Positions 1-9,049 of a stretch of 64,000 nt of DNA are shown here, in pieces. The position numbers were made by a program, and so were the translations under genes. The first letter of the stretch is position 1. Every line of letters starts with the position of its first letter. Below the pieces are notes generated by a model. The model worked only from the letters and a program-made list of their open reading frames with translations. It did not search any database and was not told the DNA's origin. Source of the stretch: Magnetospiraceae bacterium (lineage in GTDB: Bacteria > Pseudomonadota > Alphaproteobacteria > Rhodospirillales > JBMYUJ01); contig JBMYUJ010000006.1 in NCBI GenBank assembly GCA_049605255.1, positions 7,608 through 71,607 on the forward strand, written 5' to 3'.

Positions 1-453
1 GATTCCCTCATTACCCTGGGCGCGGCCATGGCCATGGCGACGACCATGGTGTTGATCCGCAAAATGTCGCATACGGAATCGCCGGATTCGGTGGTGGCCT
101 GGAGCGGCCTTTCCATGACGGTGGCCTTGATCATCCCCGGGTTTTGGGTGTGGCATTGGCCAACCCTTGCCCAATGGGGCTGGGTGGTGCTGATCGGTTT
201 GGCGGCCCTGGGGATTCAGCAATCCTTCGCCCGCGCGCTGAAGGTGGCGGAGGCGTCGGTGGTGATGCCGTTCGATTTTCTCCGGCTGCTGGCGACCATC
301 GTCGCCGGGTTTATTCTGTTTGCGGAGGTGCCGCAGCTCCGCACCCTGTTCGGGGCGGCCTTGATCATGGCCTCGACGTTTTACATCGCCAGGCGGGAGG
401 CGCGGTCTGAAAAAGCCGCTCGGGCGGCCGCTACCCCGCCACCGCATTCATAA
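1..453 (+). CDS. DMT/EamA-family transporter, C-terminal fragment (5' end lies outside the window)
   Basis: Frame is open from nt 1 to TAA at 451-453. Product is a series of hydrophobic helices ([48 protein letters not shown]) typical of the second EamA repeat. Confidence 0.7.
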   Translation, partial: DSLITLGAAMAMATTMVLIRKMSHTESPDSVVAWSGLSMTVALIIPGFWVWHWPTLAQWGWVVLIGLAALGIQQSFARALKVAEASVVMPFDFLRLLATIVAGFILFAEVPQLRTLFGAALIMASTFYIARREARSEKAARAAATPPPHS

Positions 454-721
454 AGGCGGCGAGCCGGATATCCAGCTCGGTCACGCCGCCCGCGTCATGG
501 GTCGCCAAGGTGACGGTGACGGTCTTATAGACGTTGAACCATTCCGGATGGTGATCCATCTTTTCCGCCGTCAAAGCCACCCGGCTCATGAAACCGAAAG
601 CTTCGTTGAAATCCGTAAACTGGAAGGTCTTGGTGATGGCATCGCGGCCCTCGACCTCTGCCCAATCGCCTAAATCCTGGAGCGCCGTGGCGCGCTCCGC
701 GCCGGTCAATAAGGACGCCAT
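431..721 (-). CDS. phhB: 4a-hydroxytetrahydrobiopterin (pterin-4-alpha-carbinolamine) dehydratase
   Basis: 96-aa product with PCD/DCoH core ([35 protein letters not shown]). ATG at 721 preferred to the track start at 814, which would overlap the divergent gene at 805. The 3' end overlaps the convergent transporter gene by 23 nt. Confidence 0.85.
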   Translation of the reverse strand: MASLLTGAERATALQDLGDWAEVEGRDAITKTFQFTDFNEAFGFMSRVALTAEKMDHHPEWFNVYKTVTVTLATHDAGGVTELDIRLAAFMNAVAG

Positions 722-804
722 GACTGTTCCTCCTTTAATTTTGTAAGTCTCCCCTGATAGTGGGCGCGCTTGGCCCCCATCGCAAGGCGGGTTAGGATGA
801 CCAA

Positions 805-1209
805 ATGAAGACACCCCCGATCACCGCCCCGACCCTGGAAGATATGGAGGCCCTGGCCATGGCGGCCCTGGAGACCATCCCCGCGGTCTTGCGCCAGCAT
901 GTGACCGGGGTGGTGATCCGCATCGCCGACTTTCCCGAACTGGATATCGACGCCGAATTCGGCTTGGAAAGCCCGTTTGACCTTCTCGGCCTTTATCAGG
1001 GCGTTTCCCTGGATCAGAAAACCATGGGCGATCCATCGCCCGAGGTGGATATGGTGTTTCTCTATCGCCGCCCCATTCTGGATTATTGGTGCGAGACGGG
1101 GGAAGACCTGGCCGCTATCGTGCGCCATGTGCTGATCCACGAAATCGGCCATCATTTCGGGTTTAGCGATGATGATATGGACGCATTGGAAAACGCAGAG
1201 TCGGGCTAG
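805..1209 (+). CDS. Small zinc metallopeptidase-family protein (HExxH)
   Basis: 134-aa ORF with a HEIGHHFG zinc-binding motif near the C-terminus and an acidic tail. Divergent from phhB across an 83-bp gap. Confidence 0.75.
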   Translation: MKTPPITAPTLEDMEALAMAALETIPAVLRQHVTGVVIRIADFPELDIDAEFGLESPFDLLGLYQGVSLDQKTMGDPSPEVDMVFLYRRPILDYWCETGEDLAAIVRHVLIHEIGHHFGFSDDDMDALENAESG

Positions 1210-1269
1210 AGCATTTTCAGCGAAAGTGTGTGCGGTTTCGCGGTTCGAAAATGCGTGAATACAATACTT

Positions 1270-1311
1270 TAGAGCAGGTCCGGCGATTCAGATATCGTCG
1301 AACCTGCTCTA
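1270..1311. repeat. Imperfect 18-bp inverted repeat (hairpin) in the convergent gap after the metallopeptidase gene, overlapping the cobB stop
   Basis: TAGAGCAGGTCCGGCGAT-tcagat-ATCGTCGAACCTGCTCTA, 16 of 18 positions pair. No U-tract on either strand, so not a textbook intrinsic terminator. A second hairpin (GCATTTTC ... GAAAATGC, 1211-1254) lies just upstream. Confidence 0.4.
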
Positions 1312-2031
1312 AACGGAAAGCAGACTCTCCACAAACGCGGGCACAATTTCCGTGGCCGGGCCGTGGATGGTTTCATGAAACCGGGAGGCCCCTTCGGAGG
1401 GTTCCAGATTAAGCTCCACCGTGCGGGCAACGCCCTGGGCGCGCACCTGGGAGACAAATCCGGCCGCAGGATACACATTGCCCGAGGTGCCGATGGAAAT
1501 GAACAAACCACATTCCGTCAAGGCATCATCAATGGCATCCATGGCGAAGGGCATTTCGCCGAACCAGACCACATGAGGGCGCATGCCGCCCGCATTGCCG
1601 CAGCGGGGGCAGGGTGTTTCAATGGAAAGATCTTCCCGCCAGTCATGCTTGGCGCCGCAATGCTCGCAGCGCACCTTCAGCATTTCGCCGTGCATGTGGA
1701 TCAGGTTCGCGCTGCCTGCCCGCTCGTGCAGGTCGTCGATATTCTGGGTGACGATCAACACGCCCCCCGGCCATTCCTTTTCCAGCTTCGCCAGGGCGAA
1801 ATGGGCCGCGTTGGGATGCACATCTCCATCCAGCAAACCGCGCCGCCGCTGATTGTAAAACTCATGGACCAACGCCGGATCGCGGGCGAACCCTTCGGGC
1901 GTCGCCACATCCTCCAGGCTGTAGCGGCTCCAGACCCCTCCGGCATCGCGGAAGGTATCCAGGCCCGATTCCTTGGAGATCCCCGCGCCGGTCAGGATCA
2001 CGATGGGGCAGGGTGCGGAAAGTGAGGACAT
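1309..2031 (-). CDS. cobB: NAD-dependent protein deacylase, Sir2 family
   Basis: 240-aa product. Has the GAGISKESGLDTFRD NAD-binding motif, QNIDDLHERAG, catalytic-region HG, and a zinc ribbon (CEHCG...CPRCG). ATG at 2031 chosen because the 55 upstream residues of the track ORF are unconserved. Confidence 0.9.
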   Translation of the reverse strand: MSSLSAPCPIVILTGAGISKESGLDTFRDAGGVWSRYSLEDVATPEGFARDPALVHEFYNQRRRGLLDGDVHPNAAHFALAKLEKEWPGGVLIVTQNIDDLHERAGSANLIHMHGEMLKVRCEHCGAKHDWREDLSIETPCPRCGNAGGMRPHVVWFGEMPFAMDAIDDALTECGLFISIGTSGNVYPAAGFVSQVRAQGVARTVELNLEPSEGASRFHETIHGPATEIVPAFVESLLSV

Positions 2032-2091
2032 GGTGACTTTCTCCGGCGGGGGGTCCGTGCTAAAGGATGAGGAAACGGAACACAGGGAAGG

Positions 2092-2565
2092 ATGATGGTC
2101 AAGGTGCTGTTCGTCTGTCTGGGAAATATCTGCCGCTCCCCTTCGGCGGAGGGCGTCTTCCGTCATATGGTTGACCGGGAAGGGTTGGCGGATCATATCG
2201 GAACGGATTCCGCAGGCACGTCATCCTGGCATATCGGCGAGGCGCCGGATTCCCGGGCACGGGAAGCGGCCCACCGGCGCGGCTACAGCATCGATGATTT
2301 GCGCGCCCGGCAGGTGGCCGCCGAAGATTTTCATCGCTTCGATTATGTCCTGGCCATGGATGACCAGAACCATGCCAATTTGGACCGTCTTTGCCCGCCC
2401 GGGCGGGAAGACCGATTGCATATGCTCATGGATTTTGCAGACACGTCCGTGCGGGAGGTGCCAGACCCCTATTATGGCGGTCCGCAGGGGTTCGACACGG
2501 TGTTGACCATGATCGAGGAGGCGTCGGCGGGCCTGTTGGCCGACATCCGCGCCCGGCATCTATGA
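2092..2565 (+). CDS. Low-molecular-weight protein-tyrosine phosphatase
   Basis: N-terminal P-loop VLFVCLGNICRSPSAEG (C-X5-R-S) and C-terminal DPYYG motif. First gene of a chain of overlapping genes. Start is 2092 or 2095 (tandem ATG). Confidence 0.9.
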   Translation: MMVKVLFVCLGNICRSPSAEGVFRHMVDREGLADHIGTDSAGTSSWHIGEAPDSRAREAAHRRGYSIDDLRARQVAAEDFHRFDYVLAMDDQNHANLDRLCPPGREDRLHMLMDFADTSVREVPDPYYGGPQGFDTVLTMIEEASAGLLADIRARHL

Positions 2566-3422
2566 ACAAGGCCGCCATCACCGAAACCTTGCGCAGCCTT
2601 ACCGGGGCCGACCCGGTCTGCTGGTTACCGCTGGGGGGCGGCTGCGTGGGCGAAGTGGCCAAGGTGGGCCTGTCCAACGGTAAAACCCTGATCGTCAAAT
2701 CGGGGAAAACCGGGTCGGGCCTGGATATCGAAGGCTATATGCTGCGCTATTTAAAAGACCAGTCAGACCTGCCGGTGCCCAGCGTTTTGCATGCGGCGGA
2801 TGAACTGCTGGTCATGTCCTACATTCACACCTCCGGGCGGTTGAATGCCTCGGCACAGGCCCATGCGGCGGATTTGCTGGCGGCGCTGCACGCGATGACC
2901 GGCCCGGCCTATGGTCTCGATCGCGATACACTGATCGGGGGGCTGCATCAGCCCAACCCGGCCACCGACTCCTGGATTGAGTTTTTCAGAGATCACCGCT
3001 TGCTCTACATGGCGGAACAGGCGGAACAAGCGGTGCGCCTGCCGCGCCGGGTGCGGGCCCGGGTGGAAAAGCTGTGCGAACATCTGGACCGCTGGTTGAC
3101 CGAGCCCGATGCGCCCCGGCTGATCCATGGGGATGTGTGGTCGGGCAACGTGCTCTGCGGCAAGGATGGGAAGATCGCCGGGTTCGTCGATCCCGCGATT
3201 TATTACGCAGACCCGGAAATCGAACTCGCGTTTTCGACCCTTTTCAATACCTTCGGGGCGCCGTTTTTTGCCCGCTATCAGCAATTGCGGCCCATCGCGC
3301 CAGGCTTTTTCGAAGAACGCCGGGATCTCTATAATCTCTATCCCCTGCTGGTGCATGTGCGGCTGTTTGGCGGGTCTTATGTGACCTCGGTGGAAAACTC
3401 CCTGGCGCGGTTCGGTTTCTGA
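2562..3422 (+). CDS. Fructosamine/ketosamine-3-kinase family protein
   Basis: 286-aa product with kinase catalytic-loop-like LIHGDVWSGNVL and DPAIYYADPEIELA motifs. ATG at 2562 overlaps the upstream TGA (ATGA). Confidence 0.85.
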   Translation: MNKAAITETLRSLTGADPVCWLPLGGGCVGEVAKVGLSNGKTLIVKSGKTGSGLDIEGYMLRYLKDQSDLPVPSVLHAADELLVMSYIHTSGRLNASAQAHAADLLAALHAMTGPAYGLDRDTLIGGLHQPNPATDSWIEFFRDHRLLYMAEQAEQAVRLPRRVRARVEKLCEHLDRWLTEPDAPRLIHGDVWSGNVLCGKDGKIAGFVDPAIYYADPEIELAFSTLFNTFGAPFFARYQQLRPIAPGFFEERRDLYNLYPLLVHVRLFGGSYVTSVENSLARFGF

Positions 3423-4168
3423 TGCGGCTGTTGGGGTGGATTGTCGTGGTGCTATTTCTGAGGGTTGCCCCGATGGCCGCGGCGCAAGAGATGGGATATG
3501 CGGACTGCATGGACCTGGCCCGCGCCGATGGCGATGCCGGGTTCGATGCCGCCGTCGCCTGGGAAGGATTGGGCGGTGGCCTGCCCGCCCGCCATTGCCA
3601 GGCCCTGGCGCTGATTACCCTCGGCCATTACGGCGATGCGGGCCTGCGGCTGGAAGCCATCGCCAAGGAACCGGGCGTGCGGTCTGAAACCGTTGTGTCC
3701 CTGTTGGCGCAGGCGGGGCAGGCCTGGTTGCTGGCGGACCGGCCAGATCGGGCATTGGAAGTGCAAATCGCCGCGCTCGACCTCGCGCCGGAAGACGCAG
3801 AACTGCGGGTGGATCGGGCGCAATCCCATGCGGCGTTGAAAGACCCCGCCGCCGCCCTCCAGGATTTAAACGCGGCCCTGGATGCGGGTCTGGAAAACGC
3901 CCAGGTCATGACCCTGCGGGCCGCCGCCCTGCGCCAGGTGGGGCGGTTGGAGGATGCGCACACCTCGGTGGAGGCAGCGCTCGCCATGACCCTGGATTAT
4001 CCGCCCGCCCTGTTGGAGCGGGGCCTGATCGCCGCGCAAAAGGGCGATAAGGAAGCCGCGCGCAAGAACTGGCTGCACCTGCTGAGCCGCGTGCCGGAAG
4101 AAGCGCCGGAAGCCGCCGCCGCCCGGGGGCATTTGGAACGGATGGATGTGACAGGCGCAAAGCCATGA
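3422..4168 (+). CDS. Secreted tetratricopeptide-repeat protein
   Basis: Hydrophobic N-terminus ending AAAQE (signal-peptide-like), followed by Ala/Leu-rich TPR-like helix pairs. The start overlaps the upstream stop by 1 nt (TGATG). Confidence 0.6.
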   Translation: MRLLGWIVVVLFLRVAPMAAAQEMGYADCMDLARADGDAGFDAAVAWEGLGGGLPARHCQALALITLGHYGDAGLRLEAIAKEPGVRSETVVSLLAQAGQAWLLADRPDRALEVQIAALDLAPEDAELRVDRAQSHAALKDPAAALQDLNAALDAGLENAQVMTLRAAALRQVGRLEDAHTSVEAALAMTLDYPPALLERGLIAAQKGDKEAARKNWLHLLSRVPEEAPEAAAARGHLERMDVTGAKP

Positions 4169-4653
4169 GCGCGCCTAGGTTTGACACCACACTGACCCCT
4201 GCCTGGGAAGTGACCACCGGCACCCTGGTGCAGTGGGAGGATGGCGGGCACCACATGATTGCCCTGAAGACCCATCGGGTGGGCAAGGAATATGTGCATC
4301 ATTATCTGGTGCCGCTGCTGCCCCGCCCGGCGCTGCCCGCGCTGGTGTATGTGGATCCGGATGACATGCTCTCGGCCCTGATGTTTCAGTTCCGGGCCGA
4401 ACCGGGCCCCTCGCGCGATGCCCCCGCCACGCCCGGCGATCTGTTCACCACCCGGCAGGGGACGTTTTTGAAGGTCATCGAGGATCCGAAAAGTCAGAAA
4501 GCCTTCGCCTTTATCGACATCGCCACCTGCCATATGTTCCGGCGGCGCGAACGGGGCGTCACCGCCGTGCATGGGGATTGGACGGCACTGGCGGAAGGCG
4601 CCGATGGCGCCTGCCCCCTGACCCAGCTTTTGGGGGAAAAACCGCGCTCGTGA
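4165..4653 (+). CDS. Hypothetical protein (no family recognised)
   Basis: 162-aa ORF coupled at both ends: ATGA with the TPR gene, GTGA with the HAD gene. GC-rich third codon positions. No motif recognised. Confidence 0.5.
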   Translation: MSAPRFDTTLTPAWEVTTGTLVQWEDGGHHMIALKTHRVGKEYVHHYLVPLLPRPALPALVYVDPDDMLSALMFQFRAEPGPSRDAPATPGDLFTTRQGTFLKVIEDPKSQKAFAFIDIATCHMFRRRERGVTAVHGDWTALAEGADGACPLTQLLGEKPRS

Positions 4654-5330
4654 CCCCCGCTCTGGTGATTTTCGATTGCGATGGCGTGCTGGTGGATTCG
4701 GAAGCCATCGCCAGTTGGGTCCTGGCGCAAACCCTGACCGAGGCGGGTTTTAATATTTCCCCGGCGGAATGCGTGGACCGGTTTACCGGGCTCTCGTTAG
4801 ACAGCGTGGCGCAAGCTGTGCACAAACGATGGCGGCGGCCCTTGCCCGAGGATTTCCTGGACCGCCTGCGCGCGCGGGATCGCGCCGCCTTCGCCGCCCG
4901 GTTAACCGCCATCGACGGTGCGGCCGACGCGGTGATGGCTCTTCCCTGCCCGGTCTGCGTCGCCTCCAGCGGATCGATGGAAAAAATCACCCATTCCCTG
5001 ACCCTTACCGGCTTGATCGATCTGTTCACGCCGCATCTGTTTTCCGCCAGCCTGGTGGCCGCGGGAAAACCGGCACCCGATCTGTTTTTGTATGCCGCCG
5101 CTCAATTTCGCGTTGATCCAGCCGATTGCGTGGTTGTGGAAGACAGCTTGAACGGCGTAAAAGCCGGGGTGGCGGCGGGCATGACCGTGCTCGGTTTTCA
5201 TGGCGGCGCCCATTTCGCCGGACGGGCGCCGGATGTTCTCCGGCAGGCGGGCGCCCGTCTGGTGTTTAAGGAAATGGCCGACCTGCCCCGCCTGATCGAA
5301 ACCCTGGACCCCGAGGCCCTGATCCCATGA
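4650..5330 (+). CDS. HAD-IA family hydrolase/phosphatase
   Basis: Motif I FDCDGVLVDSE directly follows a GTG at 4650 that overlaps the upstream TGA. Also has motif II (VASSG), a K in GKPAPDLF, and EDSLNGVKAG. The longer track start (4578) would overlap the previous gene by 75 nt. Confidence 0.8.
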   Translation: MTPALVIFDCDGVLVDSEAIASWVLAQTLTEAGFNISPAECVDRFTGLSLDSVAQAVHKRWRRPLPEDFLDRLRARDRAAFAARLTAIDGAADAVMALPCPVCVASSGSMEKITHSLTLTGLIDLFTPHLFSASLVAAGKPAPDLFLYAAAQFRVDPADCVVVEDSLNGVKAGVAAGMTVLGFHGGAHFAGRAPDVLRQAGARLVFKEMADLPRLIETLDPEALIP

Positions 5331-6169
5331 CTTTTGCCAGCCGATTCGCCGATATTTCCCGCCAATATTCTCCGTTCTGCATGGGGGTGGACCCGTCCCG
5401 CCAATTGCTGCGCGATTGGGGCCTGACCGAGGATGCGGCGGGCCTGGCCCGGTTCTGCGATATCGTGCTGAAGGCCGCCGCCGGGCGGGTCGGCATCTGC
5501 AAGCCCCAGGCGGCATTCTTCGAAGCCTTCGGCCCGGCGGGCGTGGCGGTGCTGGGGGATTTTATCGCCCAGGCGCGGGCGGCGGGTTTGCTGGTCATCG
5601 CCGATATCAAGCGGGGCGATATCGGCTCGACCATCGCCGCCTATGCGGAAGGCTGGGTCGGTGCCGACAGCCCGTTTGGCGCCGATGCGGTCACCGCCAC
5701 CGCCTATCTGGGATTCGGGGCGCTCGATCCGCTGCTCACCCGCGCGGCGGAGACGGGTGCCGGGGTCTTTCTGGTGGTGCGGTCTTCGAATCCGGAGGGC
5801 GCGGGTCTGCAAGCGGCGCAGACCCAGGCCGGGCTTGCCGTGGCCGATGCCCTGGCGCGGGATATCGCGGCCTTCAATGCAAAGGTGGCGCCGGGTGCGG
5901 TGGGGCCCATCGGCGCGGTGATCGGCGCGACCCTGGGCGACGAGGCCATTGCCACGGTCCAGACCTTGGAAAACAGCCTGTTCCTGGTGCCGGGCCTGGG
6001 GGCGCAAGGGGCGGATTTCGACGATGTGAAGCGGCTTTTCGCCGGGGCGACGGATCGGATCTTGCCCAATTCCTCCCGGGGTGTGCTGACGCACGGCCCG
6101 GATGTGGCGGCCCTCGCCCGGGCCCTGGATGAACATGTGGCAACCGCCGCCCGCATTCGGGACCTTTGA
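5327..6169 (+). CDS. pyrF: Orotidine-5'-phosphate decarboxylase, long (type 2) form
   Basis: 280 aa with CMGVDP, ADIKRGDIGST and PGLGAQG motifs. ATGA overlap with the HAD gene. Confidence 0.85.
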   Translation: MTFASRFADISRQYSPFCMGVDPSRQLLRDWGLTEDAAGLARFCDIVLKAAAGRVGICKPQAAFFEAFGPAGVAVLGDFIAQARAAGLLVIADIKRGDIGSTIAAYAEGWVGADSPFGADAVTATAYLGFGALDPLLTRAAETGAGVFLVVRSSNPEGAGLQAAQTQAGLAVADALARDIAAFNAKVAPGAVGPIGAVIGATLGDEAIATVQTLENSLFLVPGLGAQGADFDDVKRLFAGATDRILPNSSRGVLTHGPDVAALARALDEHVATAARIRDL

Positions 6170-6240
6170 CGCTAAGGAGTTCCGCAGAATCGCCCGTGCC
6201 GGGTGTGACTCGGCAATCCACAAAACGCGCATTAAACATG

Positions 6241-6269
6241 GACCCCCGGATCCTAGGCCCGGGGGTGAC
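6241..6269. repeat. REP-like GC-rich hairpin, copy A
   Basis: GACCCCCGGATCCTAGGCCCGGGGGTGAC. An 8-bp stem (ACCCCCGG/CCGGGGGT) around a 9-nt loop containing CCTAGG. Lies in the pyrF / secreted-protein convergent gap. Related copies at 39774-39801 and 49231-49254. Confidence 0.5.
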
Positions 6270-6287
6270 AATAAACGCGAAAAGCCC

Positions 6288-7046
6288 CTACTCCGCCGCC
6301 GCCGCGATCTCGCCCAACAGCAGCTTGGCCTGGCGCATGCAATCGTTCTTCGCCATCCAAATGGCGCGCGGCGCGTCCTGTTCCAGTTCTGCGGGGATCA
6401 GTTTCAAGGTCACCCGGGTCGCCGTCGAGCCGCGGCGGGACAGGATCACATAGCCCGCCCCATCTTCCAGGCCGACCGCTGCGGGCCAGGTGGTTTCCTT
6501 CATGCCCAGGCCCCAGGCGACCTCGGCCCGCATGCTTTCACCCACCTTCTTCACCTTGGCTTCGCCGCCACCCCGGCTGGAGGCCCGCCATAGCACGACG
6601 GGGCCCGCCGCCGGGACGCAATAGGTGCCCGCAGAGCCCACATCCACGGCCAACGCGGGTTGTTGCGGTTTGATCCCGCCGATACCGTCGACTGTTCGCG
6701 TGGCGCCCAGGCTGCCTTTCGACGGTCCGGCGGCGGTGGCGAGGTCTGCCAAAGCGGCGATCATGGAAGGATCCGTGCTGGCCGGATCGGCCCCGGCGCC
6801 CGGCGCCCCCGTATAGGGGCCGGCAAGTGCGACGGTCTTGCCGGTTTCATCAATCACCACCACCCGTTTTTCAGCAGCGACCGAAATCTCGGTCGCGCCA
6901 TCGAACACATGGCCCGCGGGCAAGGCATCATCATCGGACTCGATAACCACCATTTGCACCGCGCTGGCCGTGGAGGACAGAACCGCCCAGAGCGCCAGGG
7001 CCGCGCAACCCCGAGACAAGGATTTGAATGTCTTGGTCATGGTCAT
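6288..7046 (-). CDS. Secreted hypothetical protein, translationally coupled to the CHASE2 cyclase
   Basis: 252 aa. N-terminal signal peptide (ALALWAVLSSTASAV). ATG overlaps the cyclase TGA (ATGA at 7043-7046). No family recognised. Confidence 0.6.
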   Translation of the reverse strand: MTMTKTFKSLSRGCAALALWAVLSSTASAVQMVVIESDDDALPAGHVFDGATEISVAAEKRVVVIDETGKTVALAGPYTGAPGAGADPASTDPSMIAALADLATAAGPSKGSLGATRTVDGIGGIKPQQPALAVDVGSAGTYCVPAAGPVVLWRASSRGGGEAKVKKVGESMRAEVAWGLGMKETTWPAAVGLEDGAGYVILSRRGSTATRVTLKLIPAELEQDAPRAIWMAKNDCMRQAKLLLGEIAAAAE

Positions 7047-9049
7047 TTTCCTTCCATTTTGACGGAGGTACCGCTTGCGCCATCGCGCAGCCGGGCCGCG
7101 TGGAACCGGGCCAGGGGGTCCTCCGGGTGCTGTTGCAAAATGTCGTCGAACGCCGCTGCCGCCCGGGAATCGCCCCGTTCCAGCAGGGTATAAGCATTAC
7201 GATAGGCCTTCAAGCCGAGCGCCTTATCCGAGCCCGGCGCCACCGGTTCGAACACCTGGATGCCGGTGGCCTTGCCCATCACCACCACCGCGCAGATGGG
7301 CCGGAAAAGCGTGCCGTTGCATTGTTCCGCCGTGGTGATGGAAACACACAGATTGGTGCCGAAATATTTGTTGGCGCCTTCCAGGCGGGCGGCGGTGTTG
7401 ATGGTATCGCCCTGGGCGGTGTAATCGAAAAACGCCTCGCCGCCGAAATTGCCCACCACCGCGCGGCCCGTGTTGACGCCAATCCGGGTTTTCCCGAACG
7501 GCAACCCGGCCGCTTTTTGACGGATCACGAACTGGGTGGCGAAGGCATCCATTTCCAAGGCACAGGCCACCGCCCGCTGGGCATGGTCTGGCTGGTCGAG
7601 CGGCGCGCCGAAGAACAGGCACAAGGCATCGCCGATCAGCTTATCCAGCGTGCCCCCATGCTTGAAGGCAATGGCGCACATGCCGTCCAAATACGTATTC
7701 AGCGCGGGCAGGACAACGCTGGGATCATGCTGTTCCACCAGGGTGGTGAAGCCCTGCAGGTCGGTAAACAGGCTGGTGATTTCCCTTTGCTCGCCGCCCA
7801 GCTTCAACATGCCCGGATCGTTGACCAGTTCCCGCACCATCGCGGGGGCCACATAACGGGAAAAAGCGGTCTGCACGAAGCGTTTCATTTTGCGCTCATG
7901 GGTATACATCAACAGGGTCCCGCCGCCATACCCGGCCAAGGCGGCCAGACTGGGCGACAACAGGGGCACCAGCACCCCGGTCCGTGCATAAAACCAAAAT
8001 CCGCCCAGCCAGAATGCGAAGAGGATCACAATCCCCGCGGAAATCTTGAAAAAGGCCGCAATGCTGGGCAGGGCCAGCCCCGCCCCCATGAGCGCGGCGG
8101 CCAGCACCAGGGCGATGGTCTGAAATTGGGACATGCCGGGGGCGGGGGTGCCATCCAAGAGCTGCGCCAGACCGTGGGCATGGATTTGCACGCCAGGCAT
8201 TTCGATGTCCTGGCCCGGGATCGCGTTGAACGGCGTGCGATGCCGATCGGTGCCTTCCAGGTCGGCTCCGATCAACGCAATGCGCCCGGCAAGCAGCGGC
8301 GCGGGCAGGAACGACACCGCATGGGCCGGAAAGGTGCGGAAGGTGGGCGTCTTGGCATCCGGTGGTTGGCGATAGCGCAAGCGCCGCATTTCCTGCAACG
8401 GCGCCCCCCCCACCCGCACGGCCAGGGCGCTGGCGATACCGGGGATCCAGGCCCCGTCCACGTTTGCGCCGGGATAAATCCAACGGGCCGTATTGTCATG
8501 GGGGTCGGTCAATAGATTGACCAGGGCCCGATTCCCCGGTTTCAACATGGTTTTCAGATAAGCGATTTTCTCCTGCGCCAGCTTTTCCCCAATGGCGCCC
8601 GTGTCGGTGGGATAATCCGCCAAGGAGGTGAAGGCCGCGACCAGGGGCACGGGGGGGCGCGCGAGAAACGCCTGGAGCCGCGCGTCCTTATCCGGCTCGG
8701 TGGGCTGATCGAGCAGAATATCCACGCCGATGGCGGCTACCCCCTTGCGGGCCAACACCTCCAAAAGATCGGTCAAGAAATCCCGGTCGATGGGGGAGCG
8801 ATAGGGCAGCTTGGCCTGGGCCAGGGTTTCCTCGGTAATGGAGATGATGACGATTTTTTCATGCTGGGGTTCGGCAGGGGACAGGCTGGCCGTGCGGATA
8901 TCGTTGATGCGGTTTTCCGCCGCGGCAAAGAACCCCAATTGGCTGACGGCCAGATAGGCCAGCGCCGCCGCCAATACGGCCACCCCCGCCAACCCGGCCA
9001 ACAGCCGCAAGCGCCGGTTTATGTTGCCGTCCTGGTTCGGTTCGGCCAT
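7043..9049 (-). CDS. CHASE2 sensor domain-containing adenylate/guanylate cyclase
   Basis: N-terminal TM helix, a periplasmic CHASE2-like region and a cluster of TM helices, then a class III cyclase domain (TSLFTDLQGFTTL, GDALCLFFGAP, RIGVNTGRAVVGNFGG) and a TPR-like tail. ATG at 9049 has GGAAGAGA upstream. The track start at 9139 is a TTG. Confidence 0.85.
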   Translation of the reverse strand: MAEPNQDGNINRRLRLLAGLAGVAVLAAALAYLAVSQLGFFAAAENRINDIRTASLSPAEPQHEKIVIISITEETLAQAKLPYRSPIDRDFLTDLLEVLARKGVAAIGVDILLDQPTEPDKDARLQAFLARPPVPLVAAFTSLADYPTDTGAIGEKLAQEKIAYLKTMLKPGNRALVNLLTDPHDNTARWIYPGANVDGAWIPGIASALAVRVGGAPLQEMRRLRYRQPPDAKTPTFRTFPAHAVSFLPAPLLAGRIALIGADLEGTDRHRTPFNAIPGQDIEMPGVQIHAHGLAQLLDGTPAPGMSQFQTIALVLAAALMGAGLALPSIAAFFKISAGIVILFAFWLGGFWFYARTGVLVPLLSPSLAALAGYGGGTLLMYTHERKMKRFVQTAFSRYVAPAMVRELVNDPGMLKLGGEQREITSLFTDLQGFTTLVEQHDPSVVLPALNTYLDGMCAIAFKHGGTLDKLIGDALCLFFGAPLDQPDHAQRAVACALEMDAFATQFVIRQKAAGLPFGKTRIGVNTGRAVVGNFGGEAFFDYTAQGDTINTAARLEGANKYFGTNLCVSITTAEQCNGTLFRPICAVVVMGKATGIQVFEPVAPGSDKALGLKAYRNAYTLLERGDSRAAAAFDDILQQHPEDPLARFHAARLRDGASGTSVKMEGK

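Noticed and set aside
431-453. 23-nt overlap of the convergent transporter and phhB 3' ends, and the 4-nt stop-stop overlap at 53914-53917
   Set aside because: Both are real in the sequence, but short convergent overlaps are common in compact high-GC genomes. They are not evidence of anything unusual.
7028-8515. 495-aa ORF on the + strand
   Set aside because: It is antisense to the CHASE2 cyclase, which has clear domain motifs. The product is Gly/Arg/His-rich with no recognisable motif.
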